Source: an uncultured Actinomycetota bacterium (lineage in GTDB: Bacteria > Actinomycetota > CALGFH01). From it: a DNA stretch of 64,000 nt. Below the pieces are notes generated by a model, which saw only the letters and a program-made list of their open reading frames with translations, was not told the DNA's origin and made no database searches. This document shows, in pieces, positions 29,371 through 39,204 of the stretch (positions within the stretch are counted from its first letter, which is position 1; every line of letters starts with the position of its first letter). The translations under genes and the position numbers were made by a program. The stretch lies in NCBI GenBank assembly GCA_963733175.1, contig CAVTCL010000003.1:11640-75639 (forward strand), read 5' to 3'.

Positions 29371-29850
29371 TCAGCGGCCCGGGTCGACCGGGGTCCGCTG
29401 GTCGGGGACGGCGGTCGGGTCGAGGACCCAGTGCTGGCTGACGGTGGCCCGGTAGAGGCGGTACAGGGAGGGCGCCAGGACGTCGGCGGGGGTCTTGCTG
29501 CGGGCCCCGGCGCGCAGGCCGGCCTCGCCCGGGTAGACCTGGAGGCCGCGCTCCAGGTCGGGGCCGGACAGCTCGGCGGCCGTGGCCGCCATGTAGACGG
29601 CCTGGCCGGTGCCGACGGGGGCCTGGGAGTCGAACACGACGATGCTGAGCTCGGGTCGGGCGGCCAGGTTCCGCGAGTGGGTCGCCTCCGGGGAGGAGAT
29701 CCAGTAGAGGTCGCGGTAGTCGTCGGCGGCGAAGAACACCGGCGACACCCAGGGGTTGCCGGCGGCGTCGGCGGTGCCGAGGGTCATGTAGTGGTTGGCG
29801 TCGAGGATGGCCCTGGCGACGGCGTCCAGGTCGGGCTGCTGCTGGGTCAC
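29371..29850 (-). CDS. pyridoxamine 5'-phosphate oxidase (PPOX)-family protein, possibly F420/FMN-binding
   Basis: 159 aa ..AILDANHYMTLGTADAAGNPWVSPVFFAADD.. split-barrel motif; GTG start with ggagg Shine-Dalgarno; overlaps the esterase stop (GTGA). Confidence 0.65.
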   Translation of the reverse strand: MTQQQPDLDAVARAILDANHYMTLGTADAAGNPWVSPVFFAADDYRDLYWISSPEATHSRNLAARPELSIVVFDSQAPVGTGQAVYMAATAAELSGPDLERGLQVYPGEAGLRAGARSKTPADVLAPSLYRLYRATVSQHWVLDPTAVPDQRTPVDPGR

Positions 29851-30608
29851 GTGAACCTCCCGAGTCGGCGGGTGACCTCGGCCCAGGCGGGCGAGGCGGG
29901 GTCGATCACGGCCATGTGGTCGACGCCGGCCAGCTCGACCAGCTCGACGGGGTCGCCGGCGGCGGCCGCGGCCGCGGCGTGGGCCCGGCTCTGCTCCACC
30001 GGCACCCGGTCGTCGGCGTCGCCGTGGACCAGGAGCTGGGCGACGCCCAGGGGCAGCCGGGCCAGGGGGGAGGCGAGCCGGTAGCGCTCGGGGTCCTGGT
30101 CAGGGGTGGCGCCGAGGAACTCGGCGACGGCGCCCTCCCCGATGCCGCCGGCCGCTCCGGCGTGCAGGTCGCACACGCCGGCCAGGCTCACCACCAGGCG
30201 CGGGGCGACCAGCGGCCCCGCCCCGGGGGCGCCGGCCGGCAGCCCCGCCCGGGCGGCCGACCACAGCGCGAGGTGGCCGCCGGCCGAGTGCCCGGCCACG
30301 ACCAGCCGGTCCAGGTCCAGCGGTTCCCGCCCGGCCAGCCGGGCCAGATGGTCCAGGCCGGCGGCCACGTCCTCGCAGGTGCCCGGCCAGCCGCCGCCGG
30401 GCTGGCCGACCCGCCGGTACTCCAGGTTCCAGGCCGCGAACCCCCGGCCGGCCAGGTCGGCGGCGAGCGGCCGCATCAGCTCCAGGGTCCGCTGGGCCCG
30501 CCAGAACCCGCCGTGCAGCAGCACCACCACCGGCCAGGGCCCGTCGCCGGCGGGCCGCCACAGCTCCCCGAACCGGTCCGCCCCCGGACCGTAGGCCTCG
30601 ACCGTCAC
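29847..30608 (-). CDS. alpha/beta hydrolase (esterase/lipase, BD-FAE type)
   Basis: ..VVVLLHGGFWRAQ...VVAGHSAGGHLALW...HGDADDRVPV; oxyanion HGG, GHSAG nucleophile and Asp/His; GTG start overlaps the HAD stop (GTGA). Confidence 0.75.
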   Translation of the reverse strand: MTVEAYGPGADRFGELWRPAGDGPWPVVVLLHGGFWRAQRTLELMRPLAADLAGRGFAAWNLEYRRVGQPGGGWPGTCEDVAAGLDHLARLAGREPLDLDRLVVAGHSAGGHLALWSAARAGLPAGAPGAGPLVAPRLVVSLAGVCDLHAGAAGGIGEGAVAEFLGATPDQDPERYRLASPLARLPLGVAQLLVHGDADDRVPVEQSRAHAAAAAAAGDPVELVELAGVDHMAVIDPASPAWAEVTRRLGRFT

Positions 30609-31258
30609 AGCCCGAGCCGGCGCCGGACCCGGGCGAAGGACCCGGCCGGGTCGGCGATGTCGAAGTGGACCCCGGACATGCCGGCGGCGGTGGCGCCGGC
30701 CACGTTGGCCGGGTCGTCGTCGACGAACACGATCGCCGGCGGGTCCAGGCCCATCGCCGCCGCGGCCTGGTCGTAGGCCCGAGGGTCGGGCTTGGCCACG
30801 CCGGTCTCGCTCTCGTCCAGGAGCACGTCGAAGGAGCTGAGGAAGTCGCTGCGCTCGACCACCTCCCGGCTCAGGAACGCCACCAGCTTGCTGGTGAGCA
30901 GGCCGGTGCGCCGCCCGGCGGCGCGGGCGTCGGCGACCAGGGCACGACCCTCCGGCCGCACGGCCAGCCCGGCCGGCGTCTCGAACATCGCCCTGGTCAC
31001 CTCCGGCCAGCTCACGGGCCGGCCGAGCAGCGCGCTGATCTCGGCCGCCCGCCGGTCGAAGTAGCCGGCGGAGGCCAGCTCGCCGGCCCGGACCGAGCGC
31101 CACAGCGGGTCGGTGGCCGGGTCGAGCGGGCCCCGCCAGGGCAGGGTCCCTGGCGGCCAGCCGTTGCGGGCCTCGAACTCCTCCAGCAGCTCCCACGGGG
31201 TGGGGAGCAGGACCCCGCCCACGTCGAGCAGGACCCCCTTGCCGTCGGCACCCGCCAT
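30605..31258 (-). CDS. HAD-superfamily hydrolase, paralog 3
   Basis: MAGADGKGVLLDVGGVLLPTPWE...IVFVDDDPANVAGATAAGMSGVHF; 217 aa. Confidence 0.7.
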   Translation of the reverse strand: MAGADGKGVLLDVGGVLLPTPWELLEEFEARNGWPPGTLPWRGPLDPATDPLWRSVRAGELASAGYFDRRAAEISALLGRPVSWPEVTRAMFETPAGLAVRPEGRALVADARAAGRRTGLLTSKLVAFLSREVVERSDFLSSFDVLLDESETGVAKPDPRAYDQAAAAMGLDPPAIVFVDDDPANVAGATAAGMSGVHFDIADPAGSFARVRRRLGL

Positions 31259-32299
31259 TCAGCCGGGCCCGGCCTGGCCGGGTGCGCCGGGTCGGCCCAG
31301 GTAGGCGAGCATCCGGTCCATGGCCGAGGTCCCAGGGGGGACAACGGCCTGGCGGGGCCGGCGGCTCCACACCGTCTCCGGCCGGGCCTGGAGCAGCCAC
31401 AGCTCGCGCCCGCCCGCCGCTCCGGGGGCCGCGCCCGCCGCCGTCGTTCCCGGTGCGGCCGGCGGCCCGACCGCCCACTCGACGTCCTGGGGCACGCCCA
31501 GCGCCTGCTCGACGCGCTTGCCCAGCCTGGCCAGCTCGGCCACCTCGGCGTCGTCCAGGCACGGCCGCGCCCGGTCGGCGGCCGGCACCTCGACCCGGGC
31601 GACCCGCCCGGCGGCCGGGTCGAACCGGTAGGCGAACGCCTTCTCGCCGACCGAGCGGGAGCGCAGCTCCAGGGTGACCTTGTCGACGGCGAACCGGTCG
31701 GGGGTGACCTCCCCCTCGACCACCGCGGTGCCGAGCCCGTAGGCGGCCTCGATGGTGACCTGGGAGCGGTCGCCGGTCAGCGGGTCGAGGGTGAGCAGCA
31801 CCCCGGCGGCCTCGGCCGGGACCATGGCCTGGACGACCACGCCCATGGCGACCTCGTCGTCACCGATGCCCAGCCGGGCCCGGTAGGCGACCGCGCGGTC
31901 GGTGAACAGGCTCGCCCAGCAGCGGGCGACGTTGGCCAGCACGGCATCGGCGCCCCGGACCCACAGGTAGGTGTCCTGCTGGCCGGCGAAGGAGGCCTCG
32001 GCGGTGTCCTCGGCGGTGGCGCTGGAGCGGACCGCCACCGGCGGGTCCCGGTCCCCGGCCCGGCCGAGGCGCCGGTAGGCGGCGACGAGCTCGGCGGCCA
32101 GGCGGTCGCCGACCGTCGCCGGCCGGCCGCCGGCGGCCAGCGCCTCCCGGTAGGCGGCGGTGGTGACGGCGAACCCGGGCGGCACCCGGTGGCCCTGGCG
32201 GACCAGGTGGCCGAGCCCGACCGCCTTCCCCCCGACCAGCGGCGCGGCGTCGGCGCCGCACGCCTCCAGCGGGAGGACATGGCTGGCCGGGTCGCGCAC
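31259..32299 (-). CDS. PEP-utilising enzyme N-terminal ATP-binding domain protein (PPDK_N; PpsB-like), copy 2 (intact)
   Basis: 346 aa ..GGKAVGLGHLVRQGHRVPPGFAVTTAAY...VAVRSSATAEDTAEASFAGQQDTYLWV...MGVVVQAMVPAEAAGVLLTLDP...LDDAEVAELARLGKRVEQALGVPQDVEWAV...LWLLQARPETVWS; GTG start with ggagg Shine-Dalgarno. Confidence 0.85.
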   Translation of the reverse strand: MRDPASHVLPLEACGADAAPLVGGKAVGLGHLVRQGHRVPPGFAVTTAAYREALAAGGRPATVGDRLAAELVAAYRRLGRAGDRDPPVAVRSSATAEDTAEASFAGQQDTYLWVRGADAVLANVARCWASLFTDRAVAYRARLGIGDDEVAMGVVVQAMVPAEAAGVLLTLDPLTGDRSQVTIEAAYGLGTAVVEGEVTPDRFAVDKVTLELRSRSVGEKAFAYRFDPAAGRVARVEVPAADRARPCLDDAEVAELARLGKRVEQALGVPQDVEWAVGPPAAPGTTAAGAAPGAAGGRELWLLQARPETVWSRRPRQAVVPPGTSAMDRMLAYLGRPGAPGQAGPG

Positions 32300-32369
32300 C
32301 TGGGCACCTCCAGAGTTCGGGCGGCACCCTCACCGTAACAGCCCCAGGGCGTCGTGGCTGGCGCGGCGC

Positions 32370-33269
32370 CTAGCCCTTGACCGCGCCCATGGTGAAGCCG
32401 GAGATGAAGCGGTCCAGGAACAGGTTGAACACCAGGGCGATCGGGACCGCGACCAGGATCGCCGCCGCCTGCAGCGACTGCCAGAAGAACACGTCGCCGC
32501 GGATCAGCTCGGTGGGGACGCCGGTGGAGACGACCTTCTCGGTGGTGGGTGAGACAAAGGCCAGGGCGTAGATGAACTCGCTGGCGGTGAGGGTGAAGGC
32601 GAACACCACCACGGCCACGATGCCGGGGAAGGCCAGCGGGAGGACGACCCGGACGAACGCGGCCAGGCGGCTGTAGCCGTCGACCATGGCCTGCTCCTCG
32701 ACGTCCCTGGGGATGGCCTTGAGGAACCCGATCAGCAGCCAGATCGAGACCGGGATGGTGATGGTCGGGTAGACCAGCACCAGCGACCAGGTGGAGTCCT
32801 GCAGGCCGGTGGCCACGACCAGCCGCGACAGCGACAGGAACAGCAGGGTCGGCGGGACCAGGTAGACGAAGAAGATGGCGATGGCCATCGGGCCCGACCA
32901 GGGCCGGTCCAGCCGGGCCAGCGAGTAGGCGGCGGGCAGCCCCAGCACCAGGGTGATGGCCACCACCAGCAGCCCCACCCACAGGGTGTTCCAGATGAAG
33001 GTGAGGAAGGCGGTGTCGCGCAGCAGGTACAGCAGGTGGTCGGGGGTGGCGGCCAGGTTGAAGAAGAACGGGCTGTTCTCGGGGTTGTAGAGGTCGCGGT
33101 TCTGCTTGAACGCGGTGACCAGGCTCCACAGGAACGGGGCGGCGCAGATGAAGGCGGCCAGCACCGCCGCCACGTAGAGGCCGACCCGGGCCATGACATG
33201 GCGGCGCCGGTAGTGCCGCCGCAGCCGCTCGGCCGCGACGCCCTTGGGCACCTCGGCGGTGGCGACCAC
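32370..33269 (-). CDS. carbohydrate ABC transporter permease (MalG-like)
   Basis: 299 aa, six predicted TM segments, EAA-like loop ..IPRDVEEQAMVDGYSRLAAFVRVVLP. Confidence 0.85.
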   Translation of the reverse strand: MVATAEVPKGVAAERLRRHYRRRHVMARVGLYVAAVLAAFICAAPFLWSLVTAFKQNRDLYNPENSPFFFNLAATPDHLLYLLRDTAFLTFIWNTLWVGLLVVAITLVLGLPAAYSLARLDRPWSGPMAIAIFFVYLVPPTLLFLSLSRLVVATGLQDSTWSLVLVYPTITIPVSIWLLIGFLKAIPRDVEEQAMVDGYSRLAAFVRVVLPLAFPGIVAVVVFAFTLTASEFIYALAFVSPTTEKVVSTGVPTELIRGDVFFWQSLQAAAILVAVPIALVFNLFLDRFISGFTMGAVKG

Positions 33270-34205
33270 CTACAGCACCTCCATGCGCCGGACCGCCCGC
33301 AGGATGGCGATGGCCGCGGCCAGCAGCAGCGGGAACAGGAACAGCGCCACCGCCGCCCCCTGGGCGACGTCGCCGCCCTCGATGCCGCGGATGAACGCCC
33401 AGCTGGCCAGCACCTGGGTGGAGTTGGTGGGGCCGCCGCGGGTGAGCACGTACACCACCGTCATGTCGGTGAAGGTCAGGATGGCCCCGAACAGGGCCGC
33501 GACCGCGACCACGGGCAGGGTCAGGGGGATGGTCACCTCGAGCATGCGCCGCCAGAAGCCGGCCCCGTCGACCCGGGCCGCCTCCTCGATGTCCTTGGGG
33601 ATGGCGACCAGGCCGGCCAGGATGATGACCGCCGACAGCGGGACCAGCCGCCACACGTGGACGGCGATCACCGACGCCATGGCCAGGTGCGGCCGGCCCA
33701 GCCAGTAGACGTTGCTGTCGATCAGGCCCAGGTTGCGCAGCACCCAGTCGATCGGGCTGAAGACCGAGTCCAGCATCCACAGCCAGGCCACCGCCGACAG
33801 GGCCACCGGGGTCGTCCAGGGCAGCAGGACCAGGAACCGGACCAGCCACTTGCCGCGGAAGTCGGCCACCAGGATGTTGGCCAGGACCTTGCCGAGGACC
33901 ACGATCAGGGCCATCGAGACCACGGTGAAGACGAAGGTGTTGCGCAGCGAGCGCCAGAACACCGGGTCGTCGAGGGCGCGCTGGAAGGTCTGCAGGCCGG
34001 CCCACTGGAAGCTGGGGTCGCCGGCGGTCACGTCGCTGAAGGCGAACCCGATGGCCAGGAAGAACGGCACCGCCACGAGCGCGACCACGTACAGGATCGA
34101 CGGCAGCAGGAACCAGATCGCCATCTGGCGCTCGTTGTCGGCGAAGTGCCGGGCCGGCCTCCTCCCGGCGCGGACGCCGGGGCGCTCGGTGGTGGCCGCG
34201 TCCAT
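33270..34205 (-). CDS. carbohydrate ABC transporter permease (MalF-like)
   Basis: 311 aa, ..IPKDIEEAARVDGAGFWRRMLEVTIPL.. EAA motif. Confidence 0.85.
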   Translation of the reverse strand: MDAATTERPGVRAGRRPARHFADNERQMAIWFLLPSILYVVALVAVPFFLAIGFAFSDVTAGDPSFQWAGLQTFQRALDDPVFWRSLRNTFVFTVVSMALIVVLGKVLANILVADFRGKWLVRFLVLLPWTTPVALSAVAWLWMLDSVFSPIDWVLRNLGLIDSNVYWLGRPHLAMASVIAVHVWRLVPLSAVIILAGLVAIPKDIEEAARVDGAGFWRRMLEVTIPLTLPVVAVAALFGAILTFTDMTVVYVLTRGGPTNSTQVLASWAFIRGIEGGDVAQGAAVALFLFPLLLAAAIAILRAVRRMEVL

Positions 34206-34209
34206 GGCC

Positions 34210-35253
34210 TCAGCCCCCGACCGGGACGGGGTCGGCCCGGTGCCCGCTTTCGGCGTCGAAGAACCGCAGCCGGTCGGGGTGCACGGCGAACTCGTACGTC
34301 TCGCCGGCGGCGATCGGGGTCGCGACCGTGGCCGGCAGCCGGGCGATGACCCGGGTCTCCTCGCCGATGCGCGTGGCCGTGCCGTACACGTGCCGGTCGC
34401 CGGAGAGGTACTCGATCCGGTCCACCTTGAACGGCACCAGCGTTCGCTCGGGCCCTCCGACGTGCTCGGCCGGCAGCAGGTGCTCGGGGCGGAACCCGAC
34501 GAAGCGGCCGTCGCGGGGCACCAGGTTCATCGGCGGGGAGCCGATGAAGGTGGCCACGAAGGTGTCGGCCGGGTCGTCGTAGACCTCGACCGGCCGGCCG
34601 AGCTGGCGCACGCGGCCGTGGTCCATGACCGCGATCCGGTCGCCCAGGCCCATGGCCTCGGCCTGGTCGTGGGTCACGTAGATGGTGGTCGTCCCGACCC
34701 GCTGCTGGAAGCGCTTGAGCTCGTCGCGGGCGCTGGTGCGCAGCTTGGCGTCCAGGTTGGAGAGCGGCTCGTCCAGCAGGAACACGTGGGGCTCGCGGAC
34801 CATCGCCCGGGCCAGGGCGACCCGCTGGCGCTCGCCGCCCGACAGCTGGCGGGGCCGGCGGTCCAGCAGCTGGTCGATGCCGAGCAGCTCGGCCGCCCAG
34901 CGGGCCTTGCGGACCTGCTCGTCCTTGTCCATCCGCTCGGCCTTGAGCGGGAAGACGATGTTCTGGAGGACGTTCTTGTGCGGGTACAGGGCGTAGCTCT
35001 GGAAGACCATGGCGATCTTGCGGGCCCGCGGCGGCAGGTCGTTGACGACCTGCCCGTCGATGCGGACCTCCCCCTCGCTCGGCTGCTCCAGCCCGGCGAT
35101 GGTGCGCAGCAGGGTGGTCTTGCCGCACCCCGAGGGGCCGAGGAGGACGAGGTACTCGCCCTCCTCGGTGGCCAGGTCGATGCCGTCCACGGCGTGGACC
35201 CGCCCGCCCTCGAACTGCTTGACGAGCCCCCGGACCTCGACGACCTTTGTCAC
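34210..35253 (-). CDS. ABC transporter ATP-binding protein (MalK/UgpC-like)
   Basis: Walker A GPSGCGKTT, signature LSGGERQRVALARA, Walker B FLLDEPLSNLD; 347 aa with a C-terminal TOBE-like domain. Confidence 0.9.
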   Translation of the reverse strand: MTKVVEVRGLVKQFEGGRVHAVDGIDLATEEGEYLVLLGPSGCGKTTLLRTIAGLEQPSEGEVRIDGQVVNDLPPRARKIAMVFQSYALYPHKNVLQNIVFPLKAERMDKDEQVRKARWAAELLGIDQLLDRRPRQLSGGERQRVALARAMVREPHVFLLDEPLSNLDAKLRTSARDELKRFQQRVGTTTIYVTHDQAEAMGLGDRIAVMDHGRVRQLGRPVEVYDDPADTFVATFIGSPPMNLVPRDGRFVGFRPEHLLPAEHVGGPERTLVPFKVDRIEYLSGDRHVYGTATRIGEETRVIARLPATVATPIAAGETYEFAVHPDRLRFFDAESGHRADPVPVGG

Positions 35254-35266
35254 GGCCGGCCGCCGA

Positions 35267-36707
35267 TCACGTGCCGCCGACCAGGCCGCGCTTGCGCCAC
35301 TTCTCGAAGATCGGCTTGATCTGGGCCTCGGCCTGGGCCACGGCCTCCTTGGGCGAGGCCTCGCCGCGGGCCGCGCTGGCGAACATGTTCGGGATCACGA
35401 AGGTCCCGAACACCTCGCCGATGGCGGTGTTGGACGGCCCCGGGTAGCCGATGTTGGTGCTCCAGTCGGTGGCGTCCTTGAGGAAGGCCAGCTTGTCGGC
35501 CGGGTTGGCCCCGTAGGGGTCCTTGGCCAGCCAGCCGTCGAGCTGGGGCACCCGCTCGGCCCAGGCCGGGAAGTCGTACAGCTTGGAGTGCCAGGTGGCC
35601 GAGGCGAAGTTCTCGGTGTAGTAGAGCAGGAACTCCTTGGCCGCGTCGGCGTTGGCCGCGTGCTTGGGGATGATCCAGTTGTAGAGCACGTGCTGGGCGG
35701 CGCGGGCGTCGGCGGGCCCGCGCAGCGCCGGGACGAAGCCGACGTCGTTGGCCACGTCGGGGTTGGCCCCCTGGGCGGTCCGCCAGGCCGAGATCGAGTT
35801 GAGGATGTAGGAGAGCTTGCCCGGCGACCAGGCCCTGGTTGTTGGAGGCGGCGTTCCAGGAGAAGACCTCGTCGGTCATGGCCTGCTTGAACAGCTTGGT
35901 CATGAACTCGACGGCGGCCACGGTCTCCTCGGAGTTGATCACCACCTGCTCGTTCTCGTCCTGGACCGAGGCGCCGTAGGACCACATCAGGGCCCGGCCG
36001 GCCATGTTGGAGTCGATCTCCTGGGACATGCCGATGCCGAGCTGGGTCCCCTTGCTCTTCTTGATCTCGGCGCCGCCCTGCAGGAGCTCGTCCCAGGTGG
36101 TGGGGCCCTTGGGCAGGCCCACAGCCGTCCACAGCGAGGTCCGGTAGTCGCCGGGGTCGGGCACCCAGCCAGGCGAGTAGGAGTAGAAGCGGCCGGTGGC
36201 CGGGTTGAAGCTGGACTGCTTGCTCAGCTCCAGCTGCTGGCCCCAGCGCTTGGTGGCCTCGTCGGTGATGTCCTTGAGGTCGAGGACGCTGGGCTCGAAC
36301 TGCGACAGCGGGGCGATGTACTGGATCACGTCATGACCCTGGCCGGCCTGGATCTCGGCCGCGATCCGGGTCGGGATCTGGGCGTTGTCGATGTGGTCGA
36401 CGGTCACGTTGACCCCGACCTTCTTGCCCCAGTCCTGGGCGAAGGGACGGAACCACTGGTCGTGGCTGGGCACGAAGTGGCTCCAGAGCAGGATCTTGAG
36501 GTCACCCGAGAGCTTGGTCCTCGGCTCGGTGAAGCTGACCGACGGCGCCTGGCCGGCCGCCTCCTCTCCGCCGCCGGGGCCGCCGCCGCCCGGTTCGCTG
36601 GTGCAGGCGGCGATGGCCGCCCCCATGCCCGCGACCCCCACCGCCCGCAGGAACTGTCGTCGGTCGGGTGTCCACAACGAGTGTGATCGGGATCCGCTGT
36701 CGGCCAT
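35267..36707 (-). CDS. ABC transporter substrate-binding lipoprotein (sugar), apparent frameshift
   Basis: RRQFLRAVGVAGMGAAIAAC Tat/lipobox signal; the frame changes at about 35820 (extra base in gcccggc); the C-terminal ..ANDVGFVPALRGP...AVAQAEAQIKPIFEKW is in a second frame. Confidence 0.75.
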
Positions 36708-36788
36708 GTGGGAGCCTCCCTTGACCCACCCAAGGGCGTCGTTCGCGCCCCGACGTCCAAAGGGCCGCTTTACCCAGGTTCAGCGCGC

Positions 36789-37865
36789 TTATGCCTCGGA
36801 GTTCGGTTCCCAGGTCCCGGCGGGGATGGCCGGCGGCAGGACCAGCACGCTCAGGCCGAGGCCGCTGAGCGACGCCATGCCGAGCACGCCGGCCCACAGC
36901 TCCGGCGGCCAGGCGATCCCGTAGGCGAGGGCGTAGGCGGCCATCCAGGCGCCCCAGAGCAGCACCGGGGCCAGGGCGGCGACGGCCCGGAACGCGCCAG
37001 GGCGGTCGGGGCCGGGCCGCAGCCGGGCGATCAGGAGGTCGGTGGCCAGCCCGCCGGCCAGCATGGCCGGGACCAGCGCCCCCAGGACGAACTCGCGCAG
37101 CGAGGTGAGCCCGACCGCGCCGACGCCGGCCAGCAGGGTCACGGTGCCGAAGGGCAGCCGCCAGCGGCGGGCCAGCAGCAGCACCGGCGCGACCACGATC
37201 AGGTTGGTGACCAGCACGCTGGCCACCCCGACGATGGTGGTGAGGAGCCCGGCCGGGCCGTCGGCCTCGGCCATGGACGGGGCGCGGCTGACGAACGCCG
37301 ACAGGTACTGGAAGAAGAACAGCACCACGGCGGTGGTCAGGGCGGTCGCCCACAGGGCGGGCAGCAGGGACCGGGCCGGGGAGCGGGCGGGCAGGTCGGG
37401 CGACGACCAGGCCGAGCGGACCGGGCTGGTCACCATCAGCAGGCCGCCGCCGAGCAGCAGCAGGTGGGAGGGGCTGAGCAGCGCGGCCACGCCCGTCTCG
37501 ACCCCGAACATGGTGTGCCAGGCGCCGTCGGCGACCCCGCCGGCCACGAACAGCACCACCCCGACCAGCCCGAGGCCGTAGCCGGCCGGCACCAGGGCGG
37601 GGTCGAAGCGGCCGCGCTGGTGGCGGGCGACGAGCCGGGCCAGCACCACCGTCGAGACCGCGAAGCCCAGGTAGAACACGGCGTGCCAGGGACTGAAGAA
37701 GGTCTCGAGGCCGGGCTGGTTGAGGTGCGCCCAGCCGTCGAGGAACAGCCCCCCGACCACCCAGGTGCCGAGCAGGGCCGCGGCCAGGTCGTCGCCCCAG
37801 CCGGCCCGCGGCCGCCCGGGGGTGGTGGCCGCGCCCGCCGGCGGGGTCGTCCTGACGCTCGCCAT
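36789..37865 (-). CDS. integral membrane protein, function unknown
   Basis: About 359 aa, ten or more hydrophobic segments; no catalytic motif recognised. Confidence 0.5.
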   Translation of the reverse strand: MASVRTTPPAGAATTPGRPRAGWGDDLAAALLGTWVVGGLFLDGWAHLNQPGLETFFSPWHAVFYLGFAVSTVVLARLVARHQRGRFDPALVPAGYGLGLVGVVLFVAGGVADGAWHTMFGVETGVAALLSPSHLLLLGGGLLMVTSPVRSAWSSPDLPARSPARSLLPALWATALTTAVVLFFFQYLSAFVSRAPSMAEADGPAGLLTTIVGVASVLVTNLIVVAPVLLLARRWRLPFGTVTLLAGVGAVGLTSLREFVLGALVPAMLAGGLATDLLIARLRPGPDRPGAFRAVAALAPVLLWGAWMAAYALAYGIAWPPELWAGVLGMASLSGLGLSVLVLPPAIPAGTWEPNSEA

Positions 37866-38261
37866 GGGTCGCCTCCTGCTGTTGCCCGCTCCCAGCATTG
37901 ATGCGCGCCCGGGGCCGGACGGTCAACCGGTGGGGGTGGCGGGTCGGATTCCGGCGTGGCCGGGATCAGGAGGCGAGGACGTGGCGGTTGCGGCCCTCGG
38001 CCTTGGACGGTCAAGATGCCTCCTCGAGGCTGTGGGCCAGGCCGTTGCCGCGGGTCAGGGCGTAGACGGCGATCCCGACGACATGCAGCCACAGCAGCCA
38101 GACGATCCCGCGGTGGCGGCGCGCCCAGACCTCGGGCGTGAGGAGCTGGCCGGAGGGCAGCAGTCCCCTGCGGGTCCGTCCCACCTTGGCCGCGGCACCG
38201 GTGATCCCGCTCATGCCACCATGTCGGCAACTTCCAGGCCGACCTTAGCCGCGGGGGCACG

Positions 38262-38729
38262 ATGGCCAAGCGCAGCGCGGGGATCCTGCTCTACCGGCGA
38301 CGGGGCGATGGCGTGGAGCTGCTGCTGGTGCATCCGGGCGGGCCGTTGTGGGCCAGGAGGGACGCCGGCGCCTGGTCGATCCCCAAGGGCGAGTACGGCG
38401 ACGGCGAGGACCCGCTGGCGGTCGCCCTGCGGGAGTTCGAGGAGGAGACGGGCCACCGCCTCCCGGAGGGTGGGCTGGTGGCGCTGGGCGAGGTCCGCCA
38501 GCGCGGCGGCAAGGTCGTCAGCGCCTGGGCCGCGGCCGGCGACGTCGACCCGGACGCGATCACCAGCAACACCTTCACCCTGGAGTGGCCGCCCCGCTCC
38601 GGGACCCGGCGGGAGTTCCCCGAGGTCGACCGGGCCGGCTGGTTCGACCCGGCCACGGCCAGGGAGAAGCTGCTGGCCGCCCAGGCCGAGCTGGTCGACC
38701 GGCTCCTGGCCGTCCTCGGCGAGGGCTGA
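38262..38729 (+). CDS. NUDIX hydrolase
   Basis: Nudix box GEYGDGEDPLAVALREFEEETG (GX5EX7REUXEEXGU); 155 aa. Confidence 0.85.
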   Translation: MAKRSAGILLYRRRGDGVELLLVHPGGPLWARRDAGAWSIPKGEYGDGEDPLAVALREFEEETGHRLPEGGLVALGEVRQRGGKVVSAWAAAGDVDPDAITSNTFTLEWPPRSGTRREFPEVDRAGWFDPATAREKLLAAQAELVDRLLAVLGEG

Positions 38730-39204
38730 GCCGTCAGAGGTTGAGTCCGCGGCCTGGCATCGGCGCCGCGGACCAGCGGCGCCAGCGGGTCCCCCGGCGC
38801 GGGCCCGCTGCGTAGGTCCGCACCACCGGCCCGCGTCGTCCGCCACGACCAGGAGACACACCACGATCGCGCCGGGTCGCCGCCCCGCAACGTAGTCGAC
38901 TCCGACCCCGGCGGTCGGCCGGGGTCGGCCGCCTCGGCCGGCGCGACCGAGGCCGTCCCGGACGCGGTGCAGCGCGGCAACGGTCCCCCGAGCCCACCGG
39001 ATGGGCGGCCTTGCGCCCAGCGGTGTGCGCCTGCCACCGCTCGACGTCGGCTCCCCTGCCGGTGATCGGCACCTGGCCGCCCCACGCCTGAGCGATGCAG
39101 GCAGGTACGGGGGGTGGTACGACGCCCGCGCACCCCGACCCGGTGATCGGCTACGCTCCGGACCACCGGGAGCGAGAGGGTTCGCACGGCGGCGGGAGGA
39201 TGCA

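Noticed and set aside
38011-38214. A 67-aa minus-strand ORF (MSGITGAAAKVGRTRRGLLPSGQLLTPEVWARRHRGIVWLLWLHVVGIAVYAL...)
   Set aside because: Contains one hydrophobic helix but no start context or recognisable domain. It could be a real small membrane protein, but the evidence is insufficient.
38730-39200. An apparently gene-free 470-bp gap between the NUDIX and cNMP-binding genes
   Set aside because: ORFs there (38734..39072 -, 38291..39205 -) are low-complexity artefacts. It may contain a promoter or a small RNA, but nothing specific (no strong palindrome or terminator hairpin) could be supported by eye.
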